Below, in pieces: positions 63,051 through 64,000 of a stretch of 64,000 nt of DNA. This stretch comes from Oikopleura dioica. Lineage: Eukaryota; Animalia; Chordata. Each line of letters starts with the position of its first letter. Positions within the stretch are counted from its first letter, which is position 1. The notes beneath the pieces are model-generated. The model saw nothing but the letters and a program-made list of their open reading frames with translations, did no database searches and had not been told where the DNA came from. The stretch lies in contig OU015568.1 of assembly GCA_907165135.1 (NCBI GenBank), forward strand, positions 16,813,208 to 16,877,207, written 5' to 3'. The position numbers and the translations under genes are program-made.

Positions 63051-64000
63051 CTGAAAATTCAGCTCATTATCTGCTTCATAACAGTTTATTCCAGCGCTGG
63101 GTTATCAGTAGTTTAGCACGTTTTTCGACGCGAACTTTTGGCCATTTTTTGGCTATAAACTTTGTGGCAATTTCGATAGATGCGCATAAACAGTGACGCA
63201 AAGAAAACGAGGTCAAAAGAATGTCAAATTGAAGTTCGACTCGAGGGACAGCCGTTCCCTGCCCGAAACTAGCGATAGGCTTATCGTCAGGGGTGTTACG
63301 TGTTCGACAGTATCGGCTGACTCATAAAGGTCGCGAGCCGAGTTATCAGCCGACCGCCGTGAGGACTAAGATCCCTACTACTCTCCTCCTCTCGGGGCGT
63401 TGAAAAGAAACGATGCTCCTCCGTTTCAAGACTTTTGCGCGTCTCTTTTCCACTTGAAACGGTCGCAGCGCACTTTGCTTATCACTATCCTAGGTAGTAG
63501 TCTGCTAGCCCCTTCTGTGAACTCTTACAGGGAATAAATCATTCCGAATGATTAGCATTCTAGCAATAAATCTCTAAGCAAAGAGTGCAAAAGAAGGACG
63601 CTGCAAGTTGACAAAGTTTATGTTTAATTTCTAACACATCTTTGGTGCCAAAACAGCGGGACGGCTCAATACCCCTGATTGAGCTTTTGATCCAAATTAA
63701 ACCGCTGTCGTGGGATTTTGTTATTCCCGTCAACTCGGCGAGGTTGTCACAGATCACACAATATCCGTAATCTGCGGACATCTTTGAACAGCGACACCAT
63801 CTGTCTTCAGTTTTACGTTTCTGGAAAAGGGAGATGTATTTCCCCTTGCACCGGAAGGATGATCGCGACATTTTCCAAAGCAAAAAAAGCTAACCGCCAA
63901 GGCGAGCCAGATTAAACGTCACTACAAAATCGCATTTTCGGATAGCACGAGCCGTTCTATTCAACCAAAACAATATGCCCCAGTGAAATAATATCTCATT

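Noticed and set aside
63230-63520. GC-rich stretch as a possible ncRNA or LTR
   Set aside because: No snRNA, SL RNA, tRNA, primer-binding-site or TG..CA signature could be identified by eye.

Overview
Eukaryotic, very compact, intron-rich genomic DNA. Introns of about 40-60 nt, apparent GC and GA splice donors, and same-strand genes packed about 30 nt apart fit the larvacean tunicate Oikopleura dioica; this is an inference, as no search was run. I rebuilt the gene models by hand across introns, because most ORF-track entries are exon fragments or shadow frames. Left end (minus strand): an operon-like run of TRUB2-like, ELP2, a weak mS33-like gene, two unknown genes and SLU7. Then come a RING gene, an MS4A-like 4-TM gene, two tandem E2-fold genes lacking the catalytic Cys, an 8-finger C2H2 gene and an acidic GPI-type gene. 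A giant fibrocystin-L (PKHD1L1-like) gene has a 12.3-kb exon and two close frameshifts. After it lie a gene resembling only the DSTYK N-terminal domain, a mucin-like gene, a small-HSP-like gene and a trypsin-like protease. The window holds many non-autonomous DNA transposons with readable target-site duplications (TSDs): hAT, MULE/foldback, piggyBac, Kolobok-like and Tc1-like. Main candidate system: an abundant MITE family of about 120 bp with 8-bp TSDs. Several copies sit inside coding exons and appear to be tolerated, either as new introns built from TSD/TIR splice sites (introner-like) or as in-frame exonised sequence. Second candidate: a 2.3-kb hAT element carrying 28 tandem copies of a 55/56-bp double-hairpin unit. 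No CRISPR array, rRNA or tRNA could be supported.
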